A stretch of 64,000 bases of DNA from Chamaesiphon sp. (GCA_965246715.1 CBDFFH010000015.1:288001-352000); one strand, 5' to 3'; numbered from the stretch's first letter, positions 10,291-20,745 are shown. The notes: generated by a model not told the origin, from the sequence alone. Program-made: numbers and translations.

Positions 10291-10644
10291 ATCGATCGTG
10301 GTTTTGCCTAGCTTTCTTGCTAGATTTACGAGGCTCTTAAGAGCTGCCAGTCGCAAGTTGAAAGTAGATGGTGAGAGCTGACGCTCGATCAAATGGCGGC
10401 GGTAGGAGAAGACCAGATCGAGAGCGGCATAGCGATCGAGCGATAGAAACGTAGCGATCGTCTCTGGAGTCGCGGGGGTAGAGTAAGCGAACTGACAGAA
10501 ATAATCGATCGCCTTGATATATTTATCCCTAGTGCTATCGGCAATATCGAGTTTTGACAACTCGTTCCACAGGCTATTTTCTGCCACAACAGCGAGATTA
10601 ATCGCGGGGGACAGGAGTTCGATTTTAAAATCTCGTACTTGCAT
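10290..10644 (-). pseudogene. Tyrosine recombinase/integrase N-terminal fragment, truncated at the IS1634 remnant
   Basis: STRDKY..AI..F and SPSTFNLRLAALKSLVNLARKLG resemble the core-binding domain; catalytic domain absent. Confidence 0.7.
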
Positions 10645-10926
10645 TCAACTTTCCTCAATCCGATCGAAACAAGACAACTCCGAATGAGGAATCAAGATCC
10701 AATCATCGTCTGAATCAATTACTACAACTTCATCGACCCGTTCTTGCTTAATAATAAATCGATCCCCTTTTTGGTATTGAGAGCCTTCATGTTTGCCATA
10801 AGGCGATCTATATACCTCATAAAGACAATGAGAATCATCCGTGGCTCGGGCACAGATCGGGACTTTAGCGACAAGAATAGATTCAATATCCTTAGTTTCA
10901 CTATTCCCATCGTCGATCGATTTCAT
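10645..10926 (-). CDS. Hypothetical protein
   Basis: 93-aa ORF tightly abutting both neighbours on the same strand. Confidence 0.5.
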   Translation of the reverse strand: MKSIDDGNSETKDIESILVAKVPICARATDDSHCLYEVYRSPYGKHEGSQYQKGDRFIIKQERVDEVVVIDSDDDWILIPHSELSCFDRIEES

Positions 10927-10928
10927 GA

Positions 10929-13055
10929 CTACTCCCCTACCCCTAACAACTGTAAAGCTTGAAGCGTAAGTTTCAAGTAGCTAAAATTACTCTGTGCCCG
11001 CGCGAGTTTAGCCGCTTGGCGTATATCGGCAATTCCACCAGATTTGTCACCAAGTTTTGTACATTTCAGTTCTCCTCTTGCGCCATAAGCATTGGCAAAT
11101 TGAGCATTGAGTGCGATCGCTCGGTCGTAGTCAGACAGAGCACCTTGAGGATTGTTGAGTTTATACTGCTTCATGTTGCCGCGATTAAAGTATGCTGCGG
11201 CAAATTTAGGTTCGAGTGCGATCGCCCGTTCGTAGTCAGCTACAGCACCCTTGGTGTTATTCAACTTATCCTGTTTCAAAAATCCACGATTGTTGTAAGC
11301 CTCGGCAAATTGAGAATTGAGTGAGATCGCACGGTCGAAGTCAACTAAAGCACCATTGGGGTCATTGAATTTGCCAGCTTTGAGTTTACCGCGATTGTTG
11401 TAAGGCTCGGCAAATTGAGAATTGAGTGAGATCGCACGGTCGAAGTCAGCTAAAGCACCCTGCGTGTCATTGAACTTGCCAGCTTTCAGATAGCCGCGAC
11501 TGTTATAGGCAAGAAAATTTTTAGGATCGAGTGAGATCGCTTCGTTGAAGTCAGCTAAAGCACCATTGGGGTCATTGAGTTTATATCTTACCTTGCCGCG
11601 ATTGTTATAGATTGCAGAAATTTTGGGATCGAGTGAGATCGCTTCGTTGAAGTCAGCTAAAGCACCTGGGAGGTCATTGAGTTTATAATCCTTTAGATAG
11701 CCGCGATTATTATAGGCAAAGGTATATTTAGGATCGAGTGTAATCGCTCGATTGAAGTCGTTTAATGCACTCTGTGTGTCGTTGATTTTATTAACCTTGA
11801 GACTGCCGCGATTGTTATAAGCTGGAGCAAGATTGGGAGCGAGCGCGATTGCGCGGTCGAAGTCAGCTAAAGCACCTTGGGTGTCATTGAGTTTATCAAC
11901 CTTCACATAGCCACGATTGAGGTATGTAGAGGCAGTTTGAGGATTGAGAGCAATCGCGCGGTCGAAGTCAACTAAAGCACCATTGGGGTCGTTGAGTCTG
12001 AGAGCCTTCAGATTGCCGCGATTGTAGTAAGCGGCGGCAAATTTAGGGTCGAGTGCGATCGCCCGATCGTAGTCAGCTAGAGCTAGTCGGGCTTCTTGTA
12101 ACTGGTAGTAAGTAAAAGCTCGTTGGTAATAAGCAATCACATACCTGGGCTTCATCTTAATTGCTTGACTAAACTCGCCAATTGCTAGCCGCTTGCCAGC
12201 CAATATATCAGTCCCCGGCTCCACTAATTTGTTAAAACCAGTAATAAAATGCTCGTCAGCACTACTAGCTGCTGTCTGTCCTAAATTCACTGGTTGACGA
12301 TTGCCTAATTTGATGCCAAGCTCTACTAAACCTTGGACTACCCACTTGATTGGAATACCTCGGTTATACCCAATCTTGCTACCTAATTCTGGTTTAGCGA
12401 TAGAAATAATAGATTCTAATTGGGTATTATCTTGGTACCGCTCTCCCTGACCGTGAATTGCCACTAGCAGTCCGTCCTGGTTAAAGACCCCACCCCCACT
12501 CATCCCTGGCTGAGTCTGGGCATCATAAATCACCGTATAGCCGCCTCGGTCTTCAGTCAGGCGTTTATCGACCACAGCAATTGCCAATCCAGCATTGAAC
12601 GAGAATCCTGGCTGCTCGGCGGGATAACCAGAGGTGTAGACAGCATCCTCTACCTTCAAACTTCCAGGCTCAGCAACTATCGCCACAGGATAACCGCGAT
12701 CGCTCCGAAATTGAACGATCGCCAAATCTAAACCATCACCCAACAGCTTCACAGACTTAGCAGAAACTTGGTACTTTTGCCCGTCGCCCAGCTTCACTGT
12801 ATATGTTTCCCCTGCTGGTGGTGTTTTACATTTCCTAGTTTGACCGCAGACAACATGACGATTGGTGACGAGGGTGTATAAATCGCCCTGACGCTCAACA
12901 ATAATCCCCGATCCGACTGTCTCAGCCTGAAGTAACCTAATTTCCACTGTCACGGCTCTGGCGATCGCTTCGATCTCGGCTGGAGTTTTAGCAGTAGCGA
13001 TATCTGCATAACAAACTATTGCGACGGTCAAACCGAGAATTGGTAGATATTTCAT
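10929..13055 (-). CDS. Secreted trypsin-like serine protease with TPR repeats
   Basis: Signal peptide; TNRHVV, LDLA and GMSGG triad motifs; about 11 TPR units (AYNNRG...ALADFDRAI). Confidence 0.9.
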   Translation of the reverse strand: MKYLPILGLTVAIVCYADIATAKTPAEIEAIARAVTVEIRLLQAETVGSGIIVERQGDLYTLVTNRHVVCGQTRKCKTPPAGETYTVKLGDGQKYQVSAKSVKLLGDGLDLAIVQFRSDRGYPVAIVAEPGSLKVEDAVYTSGYPAEQPGFSFNAGLAIAVVDKRLTEDRGGYTVIYDAQTQPGMSGGGVFNQDGLLVAIHGQGERYQDNTQLESIISIAKPELGSKIGYNRGIPIKWVVQGLVELGIKLGNRQPVNLGQTAASSADEHFITGFNKLVEPGTDILAGKRLAIGEFSQAIKMKPRYVIAYYQRAFTYYQLQEARLALADYDRAIALDPKFAAAYYNRGNLKALRLNDPNGALVDFDRAIALNPQTASTYLNRGYVKVDKLNDTQGALADFDRAIALAPNLAPAYNNRGSLKVNKINDTQSALNDFNRAITLDPKYTFAYNNRGYLKDYKLNDLPGALADFNEAISLDPKISAIYNNRGKVRYKLNDPNGALADFNEAISLDPKNFLAYNSRGYLKAGKFNDTQGALADFDRAISLNSQFAEPYNNRGKLKAGKFNDPNGALVDFDRAISLNSQFAEAYNNRGFLKQDKLNNTKGAVADYERAIALEPKFAAAYFNRGNMKQYKLNNPQGALSDYDRAIALNAQFANAYGARGELKCTKLGDKSGGIADIRQAAKLARAQSNFSYLKLTLQALQLLGVGE

Positions 13056-13427
13056 AACAGGATAGATGGCTTGTAAAATCTATAATAAGCTTCAGATTTT
13101 CCCCAGTAAAAATGTGTCGATCGCAATTTTATTCGACACTTTAACCGAAAAACAAGTGAAAACTCATTACAATTTATTAAATATTATTCGATTGTAGCAT
13201 AAATTATTCATCGCTTATTGAGTTAATTATAAAATCATCAGTATAAAAATTACCGTGATTAGACAAATAAAAGTTTCCCATTAACAGAGCTAACAGTAAC
13301 TCTCCCTTACTCAAGCAAGTCTTACTAGCTAAACTCTGAAAACTAGAAGACCCACCGTTAGCTCATAACAGATCGGAAATTGAACTCGTCCACCCTTCAA
13401 TATCTTCCTCATGCGCCAAGTCTAGAA

Positions 13428-13498
13428 CCCACATTCCGCTATTTGGAGGGAGCATCAAGGAATTAAAATAGAAGCTCACCCAAACAGCGAAATGTGGG
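13428..13498. mobile_element. 71-bp mini-element made of two IS1634-type ends
   Basis: cccacattccgc (13428) ... gcgaaatgtggg (ends 13498) are inverted; same terminus as 10053. Confidence 0.7.
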
Positions 13499-13732
13499 CT
13501 ACAAAAATGAGCGATCTCTAACTTGTAAAATGCCAACATTATTATCTTTAGATCGTCGATATTATTGCCGACATGGTGTGGTGGGCACTGCCCCACCCTA
13601 CATATGATAAATTAATGAATTGGATCGATTATCTTCAAGTACAATAAAAAAAGAGAAGGAAATTATTCCCCCTCTGTGCAGATTAGTTCGATCGAAGTAA
13701 CGATCGAACCGATAAATATTAGTAGCTGACTA

Positions 13733-14053
13733 CTATGGTTTGTGAACGATAAAGCTCAATACTTGGCATTGTTTGATGTTGTCAAAACCGATGACACGAA
13801 CGAAACAATGACCGTACTCACTGCGGCAAGAACGAACTTCGTTCAATACTTCAGTAGTAGTGGTAGCACTGAACAAGGGTAACTTCCACAATGTCCAGTA
13901 GTGCTGTGTGGGTTCGGATTGTTCGCTGAACTCAATTGCCGGAATATATCCTTGATCGAGAATATATTGAACCTGTTTAGCGATCTGAGCGTCGCTCAAA
14001 GGAGGCAAGAACGAGAAGGTCTCAAACCGACGAATCTTAGGTAAAGTTTGCAT
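13733..14053 (-). CDS. rbcS: RuBisCO small subunit
   Basis: [31 protein letters not shown]. Confidence 0.98.
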   Translation of the reverse strand: MQTLPKIRRFETFSFLPPLSDAQIAKQVQYILDQGYIPAIEFSEQSEPTQHYWTLWKLPLFSATTTTEVLNEVRSCRSEYGHCFVRVIGFDNIKQCQVLSFIVHKP

Positions 14054-14128
14054 TGTCTGGTTGCTCTACGGCTAAATATAGTTAAATATCAGATTGGCTA
14101 TTTATAACGTAGCGATACGGTTTATAAG

Positions 14129-14509
14129 TTACTCTGACGATGGGTTTAGATTGCTGTTGGGTTCGGTAATGGAAAGTTGCGTGAGTTTCTCTAGCTGTTG
14201 ACGGCGATGCAGCATATTTTGGTGCTTGATCTCGTGACACATCATCTCTGGCAAATCATCAGCAATTTCTTCGACTAAATGCTCTCTTACCGTCATAATC
14301 CTGAAGGCTAACTCCTGGTTGTGTGACAGCAATGCTTGCAAATAGAGTTCGCCATCTTGGAGGATCTGTTGACCGGAAAAACTCCGCAGCCAAATTGCTA
14401 GTGGTGGATTATTTTCACTCAACTGAGTCAAAACAATCTGCATTGCTTGATAAGTCAAATAGCTAGAGATTACCTTAGAGGTATTTTTCGCAACTTGTTT
14501 TAGATCCAT
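14129..14509 (-). CDS. rbcX: RuBisCO assembly chaperone RbcX
   Basis: SYLTYQA...QLSENNPPLAIWL...RIMTVREHL; lies between rbcL and rbcS. Confidence 0.97.
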   Translation of the reverse strand: MDLKQVAKNTSKVISSYLTYQAMQIVLTQLSENNPPLAIWLRSFSGQQILQDGELYLQALLSHNQELAFRIMTVREHLVEEIADDLPEMMCHEIKHQNMLHRRQQLEKLTQLSITEPNSNLNPSSE

Positions 14510-14729
14510 TACCGTAAGTGTTGGGGTTAGGAATAGCGGTTGTTGACAGGTATTTATTACTACTATCCCCTATCTCGATCGCTTCTTGGTGCAACACACG
14601 CTGAGGAAACCTCAGCGCCTTTGGCGAAGCCACTCTGCGCATCGCTATCCACTATTCACTATCCACTGTCTTGAAAAGGTGCTCTACTTGGGGAAACCCC
14701 AAGACCGCACTTTTCGCTGTTCACTATTT

Positions 14730-16160
14730 CTACAGAGTATCCATTGCTTCAAATTCAAACTTAATCTCTTTCCAGAGTTCGAGTGCAGAAGCAAGTTCGG
14801 GAGACCATTTACCAGCTTCACGGAGGATATCGCCACCTTCACGCATGAGGTCGCGACCTTCGTTACGTCCTTGGATACAAGCTTCGAGTGCAACGCGGTT
14901 AGCAGTCGCACCAGGAGCGTTACCCCAAGGGTGACCAGCAGTACCACCACCAAATTGGAGGCAAGAGTCATCGCCGAAGATTTCGACGAGCGCTGGCATG
15001 TGCCATACGTGGATACCACCAGAAGCAACTGGGAAGACACCAGGCATGGAAGCCCAATCTTGGGTGAAGAAAATACCGCGCGAGCGATCTTCTTCGATGT
15101 AGTTTTCGCGCATCAGGTCTACAAAACCCATAGTGATGCCTTTTTCGCCTTCGAGTTTACCTACGACAGTACCGGAGTGAAGGTGGTCACCACCAGACAT
15201 CCGGAGACATTTCGCGAGAACGCGGAAGTGAATCCCGTGATTTTTTTGACGATCGATTACCGCGTGCATTGCGCGGTGAATGTGCAGGAGGAGACCATTA
15301 GCACGGCAATATTTAGCCAAGCTAGTGTTAGCAGTAAAACCACCAGTCAAGAAGTCATGCATAATGATCGGCGTGCCGATTTCTTTCGCGAATGCTGCAC
15401 GTTCCATCATTTCTTCAGAAGTAGGCGCAGTCACGTTGAGGTAGTGACCTTTAATTTCGCCAGTTTCTGCTTGAGCTTTCTCGATCGCTTCTTGAACGAA
15501 CAAGAATCTGTCGCGCCAGCGCATGAAGGGCTGAGAGTTGATGTTCTCATCGTCTTTGGTGAGGTCTAAACCACCACGAAGAACTTCATATACCGCACGA
15601 CCATAGTTTTTAGCGGACAGACCGAGCTTAGGTTTGATCGTACAACCTAACAACGGACGACCATATTTATTTAATTTATCTCGCTCTACGGTGATACCGT
15701 GAGGAGGACCTTGGAAGGTCTTAAGATAAGCAACCGGCACGCGGATGTCTTCTAACCGGAGCGAACGTAAGGCTTTGAAACCAAATACGTTACCCACCAA
15801 AGATGTTAAGAGGTTCGTTACAGAACCTTCTTCAAATAAATCTAAAGGATAAGCAATAAAGCAAAAATATTGATTAGACTCACCTTGGACGGGTTCGATA
15901 TGGTAACAACGACCTTTGTACCGATCGAGGTCGGTGAGCAGGTCTGTCCATACTGTCGTCCAGGTACCAGTGGAGGATTCAGCGGCTACGGCTGCGCCTG
16001 CTTCTTCTGCTGGTACTCCAGGCTGAGGACTCATCCGAAATGCTGCGAGCAGATCGGTATCTTTGGGAGTATAGTCCGGTGTGTAATAAGTCAAACGATA
16101 GTCTTGGACACCAGCTTTATAACCAGTGTTAGACTGAGTTTGAGTTTGCGCGTAAGCCAT
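14730..16160 (-). CDS. rbcL: RuBisCO large subunit (form IB)
   Basis: [27 protein letters not shown]. Confidence 0.99.
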   Translation of the reverse strand: MAYAQTQTQSNTGYKAGVQDYRLTYYTPDYTPKDTDLLAAFRMSPQPGVPAEEAGAAVAAESSTGTWTTVWTDLLTDLDRYKGRCYHIEPVQGESNQYFCFIAYPLDLFEEGSVTNLLTSLVGNVFGFKALRSLRLEDIRVPVAYLKTFQGPPHGITVERDKLNKYGRPLLGCTIKPKLGLSAKNYGRAVYEVLRGGLDLTKDDENINSQPFMRWRDRFLFVQEAIEKAQAETGEIKGHYLNVTAPTSEEMMERAAFAKEIGTPIIMHDFLTGGFTANTSLAKYCRANGLLLHIHRAMHAVIDRQKNHGIHFRVLAKCLRMSGGDHLHSGTVVGKLEGEKGITMGFVDLMRENYIEEDRSRGIFFTQDWASMPGVFPVASGGIHVWHMPALVEIFGDDSCLQFGGGTAGHPWGNAPGATANRVALEACIQGRNEGRDLMREGGDILREAGKWSPELASALELWKEIKFEFEAMDTL

Positions 16161-16206
16161 AAATTTCTTACCTTCAGGAACCAGTTGACGTTTCTTATTC
16201 AGTTCA

Positions 16207-16273
16207 TACTATATCAGTAAGTGTATTCGTTTTGGTTCCGATCTTTTTGTGAGAGTTATAAGCTGATTTTATA
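16207..16273 (-). promoter_or_regulatory. Putative rbcL promoter: extended -10 (TGaTATAGT) and LysR-type dyad TATAAG-N5-TTTATA
   Basis: Minus-strand tgatatagt at 16207-16215; dyad at 16257-16273. Confidence 0.4.
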
Positions 16274-16355
16274 TCGTTACCGCTGTAGGGATCGTCAAGT
16301 GGTTGGAGTGCAAGAGACTAAGCCAATCTACCGATCCCCGCGATCCCCAAACTAC

Positions 16356-16392
16356 AAAAAAAGTAGTTAGATATTTCGATCTAACTACTTTT
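16356..16392 (-). terminator. Rho-independent terminator after infC
   Basis: aaaagtagttagat/atctaactactttt stem with a T-tract on the minus strand. Confidence 0.75.
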
Positions 16393-16493
16393 GAGAGGAT
16401 ATTCGCTCCCTATTTTAATCACTAGGTATTAGTACTTATTAAATGCGATCGGTCTGTTGCGATAACTCGACAGCACGGCATTTAATTAGAACT

Positions 16494-17096
16494 TTAGACT
16501 TTCTTTGGCGACAGTAACATCATCATATTACGGCCTTCTTTCTTGGGAAACTGCTGAACTTCAGCTACTTCCTTGAGGTCGTCGGCCATCCGCTTGAGCA
16601 CTTTTTCGGCGAGATCGCTATGTTGGATCTCGCGTCCGCGAAACGTAATCGTCGCCTTGACTTTATCGCCAGACTTGAGGAACCGATCGGCTTGAGTTAC
16701 CCGTACTTGGTAGTCATGTTCCTCGATCGTGTACCGCATTTTGACTTCTTTGACTTCAGCGGTATGCTGTTTCTTCTTCGCTTCGCGGGCTTTTTTCTCT
16801 AATTCAAACTTATACTTCCCGTAGTCCATAATCCGGCACACGGGGGGGTCAGCTTTGTCGCTGACTAGCACTAAATCTAGTCCGTTTTCATCCGCGATTG
16901 CCTGCGCCTCTTGCGGCGTGAGAATACCTAGTTGTTCGCCATCGGTACCGATGACCCGAATTTGGGGGAACCGAATCCGTTCGTTGATTTGAGGAAGATC
17001 GCGGGTGCGTCTTTTCTCGATGATGGGTGATTTAATAGGAATGGGAGTTTCTGGTGGGTAAGTGGTATGGTTATCCTCAATCGCAGTTAGCTGCAA
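16494..17096 (-). CDS. infC: Translation initiation factor IF-3 (true start probably a non-AUG codon near 17020-17042)
   Basis: [42 protein letters not shown]. Confidence 0.95.
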   Translation of the reverse strand: MQLTAIEDNHTTYPPETPIPIKSPIIEKRRTRDLPQINERIRFPQIRVIGTDGEQLGILTPQEAQAIADENGLDLVLVSDKADPPVCRIMDYGKYKFELEKKAREAKKKQHTAEVKEVKMRYTIEEHDYQVRVTQADRFLKSGDKVKATITFRGREIQHSDLAEKVLKRMADDLKEVAEVQQFPKKEGRNMMMLLSPKKV

Positions 17097-17357
17097 AATC
17101 GGTCTAAACTTGAAATAACTTTGAAAGTTATTTAGTTTTAGCTACTTTTATTTTACCCAAGTTTTGAATGGATTGATATGAAGTTTTATATTTTTTAAGC
17201 TTAAAATTACATTAAGAGGGTAGTAGCTAGCCGCTTGATTGAAAAGTTGTGTAACAAAGCATTCGCCAATAGCAATCCGCTGCACTCGGTACTCGATCGA
17301 GCAGAATTACGCCTCATCTTAACTGCCCACTAACCACTAACCACCAGCCACTAAATT

Positions 17358-18326
17358 ATGCAGACTTGGCACCAAAAAGTAGGGAATCAACGAGATTGGG
17401 TGTGGCGCGGTTGGCAAACTCGATACACTTATTTGCGGAGCGAGCCGCGATTGCCAACGCAACCCCCAGTGTTATTAATTCATGGCTTTGGTGCGTCGAT
17501 CGGGCATTGGCAGCACAATTTAGAATTTCTGGCCGCTCGGCATTCAGTGTATGGCTTGGATCTCGTTGGCTGGGGCGGCTCGCGCAAGCCAGATATTAAG
17601 TATGATATCGATTTGTGGGTCGAGCAAGTCCACGATTTTTGGCAAACCTTTATCGGTCGTCCGACGATCCTCATCGGCAATTCGATCGGGTCTTTGGTGG
17701 CACTAGTTGCCGCAGCAAGATATCCAGAGATGGCGGCTAATCTAGTCATGGTCAGTCTGCCGGATTTATCCGCCGAACAGGAGCTGATTCCCAAACCGAT
17801 TCAGCCATTAGTCAATGGGATCAAGCGAGTTATTCTCAATCCCCCTTTACTGCATACGTTATTCAAATTCGTCAGTCGTCCCAAGGTCGCGCGTAAATGG
17901 GCGCAAATTGCCTATGCTAATCCCGATCGAGTCACCGATGAATTAGTCGATTTATTCCTGACTCCAGCGCGCGAGCGGGAAGCTCCAGCGGCATTTGTGA
18001 GAATTATGCAGGGGATGACGAGCAGTAATTTCTCGCCCAATATCCGCCAACTTTTACCCAGCATGAAAATTCCCATGCTGTTAATTTGGGGTGTCCAAGA
18101 TCGCATGATCCCGCCGCAGACTGCGAAGATCCTGCTGACATTAAATCCGTTACTAAAATTAATCGATCTCGAATCAGCCGGACATTGCGCGCATGACGAG
18201 CTGCCAGATGAAGTAAATCAGATCGTTCGTAACTGGCTGGATACACCACCGCCAGCACCGGGTCAACTGGCCGCAGCGAGCGATATTGCCGATGAGCCAC
18301 AGTTGCTCGTCGAATCCCGATCGTAA
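17358..18326 (+). CDS. Alpha/beta fold hydrolase
   Basis: LIHGFGAS, GNSIGS nucleophile elbow, AGHCAHDE. Confidence 0.92.
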   Translation: MQTWHQKVGNQRDWVWRGWQTRYTYLRSEPRLPTQPPVLLIHGFGASIGHWQHNLEFLAARHSVYGLDLVGWGGSRKPDIKYDIDLWVEQVHDFWQTFIGRPTILIGNSIGSLVALVAAARYPEMAANLVMVSLPDLSAEQELIPKPIQPLVNGIKRVILNPPLLHTLFKFVSRPKVARKWAQIAYANPDRVTDELVDLFLTPAREREAPAAFVRIMQGMTSSNFSPNIRQLLPSMKIPMLLIWGVQDRMIPPQTAKILLTLNPLLKLIDLESAGHCAHDELPDEVNQIVRNWLDTPPPAPGQLAAASDIADEPQLLVESRS

Positions 18327-18472
18327 ATGGAGGATCGATCGCCAATTCAAAACCCACGCATTGACTCGTTGAGAGCAAATGCGTGGGTGAAAATTCGATG
18401 TAAGTAAATTTTATCGATAGTTGGAGCGGTTTCAGAATCGTCAACTAATCCCTAACACCGAACCCCTAGTCT

Positions 18473-18823
18473 CTACCCAACGGTTACTTGGTCGATGTTG
18501 ACATCAGTAGCACCAGAAACGCCACTAGCTAGCTCGACCATCTTGTCGAGGATGTCTTGGCTGGGGACAGAACCTTTTAAGACAACGCTGCCACCAGTCT
18601 GGGCAACCCAGAGCGTATCGACATCAGTGACGGATGCTTCTTCGTCGAAAGCAAGTGCGACTCTTTTAGCCAAACCGCTTTGGTCGTATTCGCCACTTAA
18701 GCCCATCCGTTCGGGTGCAACTTCACCACCAGTTTCGGGGTCGGTTGCTTCAGCTGCGGGGGCTGGATTGACCTCAGCATCTGCTGGTTTTTCCATGCCA
18801 AACAATTTTTTTAAGAAACCCAC
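18473..18823 (-). CDS. BON domain protein
   Basis: GEYDQSGLAKRVALAFD...VAQTG..VVLKG. Confidence 0.85.
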   Translation of the reverse strand: MGFLKKLFGMEKPADAEVNPAPAAEATDPETGGEVAPERMGLSGEYDQSGLAKRVALAFDEEASVTDVDTLWVAQTGGSVVLKGSVPSQDILDKMVELASGVSGATDVNIDQVTVG

Positions 18824-18992
18824 GATTGCAATACTCCAATCTAAGAAAATACTCGTTACCCATTATGCTAGGTATTCTGAGCCAATAACGCAGATGACTA
18901 CAAAATTTTTAAGATTTTGTGACAATCCTAATTGTGAGAGAATATAAGGCTGTGTCTAAATAGTAGCCGATCGTTAGCAAAACTTACGTAAG

Positions 18993-19496
18993 ATGAAACA
19001 TACTCTATCTGTTTTGGTTGAAGATGAAGCTGGGGTGCTGACTCGAATTGCCGGATTATTTGCACGTCGGGGATTTAATATCGAAAGTCTGGCGGTCGGG
19101 CCTGCGGAACAGGATGGGAGATCGCGGGTAACGATGGTGGTCGATGGTGACGAGCAAACGATCGAGCAATTAACTAAACAGTTATACAAGCTCGTCAATA
19201 TTCTGAAGGTCTTAGATATTACGGACATTCCTTGTGTCGAACGCGAATTGATGTTGCTCAAGGTCAACGCCAATAGTACCAATCGATCGGAGATCGTCGA
19301 GCTGGCGACGATTTTTCGGGCGCGGGTAGTCGATGTCGCTGAAGATTCCCTAACGTTAGAAGTTGTCGGCGATCCTGGTAAAATCGTGGCGATCGTCCAA
19401 GTCCTCCAAAAATTTGGGATTAAGGAAATCGCTCGCACGGGGAAAGTGGCATTGTCAAGAGAATCAAAAGTTAATACCGAGTCGTTGAAATTATAG
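18993..19496 (+). CDS. ilvN: Acetolactate synthase small subunit
   Basis: [36 protein letters not shown]. Confidence 0.97.
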   Translation: MKHTLSVLVEDEAGVLTRIAGLFARRGFNIESLAVGPAEQDGRSRVTMVVDGDEQTIEQLTKQLYKLVNILKVLDITDIPCVERELMLLKVNANSTNRSEIVELATIFRARVVDVAEDSLTLEVVGDPGKIVAIVQVLQKFGIKEIARTGKVALSRESKVNTESLKL

Positions 19497-19526
19497 GCGA
19501 GGTAACTTCCTTCTGGGCAATGACAG

Positions 19527-19535
19527 TGCTATAAT
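19527..19535 (+). promoter_or_regulatory. Extended -10 box (TGcTATAAT), candidate kaiA promoter
   Basis: Perfect consensus about 320 bp upstream of kaiA. Confidence 0.5.
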
Positions 19536-19631
19536 CGGAAACAATCGTAAAATAAACCTTAAGTTTATTTGCATAGTGCATCTGTTGATGCTGGAACTAT
19601 TATTCTTCAAGTAGTGCGCTCTATTACGCCA

Positions 19632-19763
19632 TGCGCCAAACGCCTAGCCGTTTGTCTCATTGGTGCAGCCTCTGCCCGATCGGGTGGATCTCGAAGAGAA
19701 CGGAAAGATCCGCTCATCGCTCGCCAGCAATTGATAATCTGCTGGAGGTCAGTTTAGATTGAC
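19632..19763 (+). ncRNA. Candidate structured RNA element in the kaiA 5' leader
   Basis: Four hairpins; loops of hairpins 1 and 2 are complementary (see findings). Confidence 0.45.
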
Positions 19764-19854
19764 TTTGGCTAGAACTGACTGCCGAAGTTAGATTCTAGCA
19801 ATGCGATCGACAGATTCTGGCCAGTTTTTAGCATTTTAGCGAGCGTAAAATATT

Positions 19855-20745
19855 TTGTCTGCTCCTTTGACTATTGCAGTTTTTACTGACTCGACGGATT
19901 TGCCACCGCGCTTGAGTCGATATTTAGATGCCGAGCGTCATCTAGTCCAGTATTTTACCAGTCAGTCCGAGTTCTTGGCTCGGATAGAGTCAGTCAAGCA
20001 CGAATTAGATTGCTTAGTATTTTACTCAGAGCAGCATTTACTGCCGACGCTAAATTATCTTTACGATCGTGGGCTGATCTTGCCAGTCGTGATGATTCAA
20101 TCAGCCGATCCAGTAAGTTTAGTAATTCCAGAGACTGCCAAAAACTTACCAGTACCGAATCAAAATTATATATATCACCCATCTGAGGTAATTTTGGCTG
20201 AGACAGAGCTGCCAGAAATTGGGGTGGCGATCGATCGAGCTATTTCAAAGTTCTTGAGCTTAACGCCCATCATGCCGACAACAGATGAATCGCGACCTGC
20301 TGAGATTGAGATCTCGATCTCCGAGCCAAGTTTTCTGCTCCAGCAACAGCGCCGTCTAGCTGATAAGCTCAAAGAAAGATTGGGGTATTTAGCTGTTTAC
20401 TACAAACGCAATCCCCGGCAGTTTTTTCGACGGCTCGATCGGCAACAGCAGCAAGAACTCCTCGATGGGCTAAAAGTTCAATATCGAAATATCGTGCTGG
20501 CATACTTTACTGCTGGTAGTAAGATCGACGACCAGATCGACGAATTGGTCGGGACTGCTTTTTTTAGCGATCTGTCAGTTTCGGAAATTGTCAAGATTCA
20601 CATGGAATTGATGGAAGAATTCTCAAACCAGCTAAAATTGGAAGGGCGAAGTGAGGAGATCTTGCTAGATTACCGACTGACATTAATCGATATTATTGCC
20701 CATCTATGTGAAATGTACCGCCGCTCGATTCCGAGAGAAGGATAG
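19855..20745 (+). CDS. kaiA: Circadian clock protein KaiA (full length)
   Basis: QQRRLADKLKERLGYLAVYYKRNP, LLDYRLTLIDIIAHLCEMYRRSIP. Confidence 0.97.
   Translation: MSAPLTIAVFTDSTDLPPRLSRYLDAERHLVQYFTSQSEFLARIESVKHELDCLVFYSEQHLLPTLNYLYDRGLILPVVMIQSADPVSLVIPETAKNLPVPNQNYIYHPSEVILAETELPEIGVAIDRAISKFLSLTPIMPTTDESRPAEIEISISEPSFLLQQQRRLADKLKERLGYLAVYYKRNPRQFFRRLDRQQQQELLDGLKVQYRNIVLAYFTAGSKIDDQIDELVGTAFFSDLSVSEIVKIHMELMEEFSNQLKLEGRSEEILLDYRLTLIDIIAHLCEMYRRSIPREG

Noticed and set aside
11200..12070. CRISPR-like periodic repeats
   Set aside because: These are in-frame coding TPR repeats with no unique spacers; no cas genes in the window.
13715..13740. rbcS ending at HKP, a few residues shorter than usual, possibly from an indel
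   Set aside because: The RbcS C-terminal tail is variable; cannot be distinguished from natural variation without reads.
14586..15569. 327-aa ORF antisense to rbcL, and many other shadow ORFs opposite kaiC, zwf and dnaK
   Set aside because: Explained by codon bias of the real genes; no recognisable motifs.
19569..19757. 62-aa ORF upstream of kaiA
   Set aside because: TTG start, no RBS, and it overlaps the hairpin-rich leader; RNA structure explains the region better.
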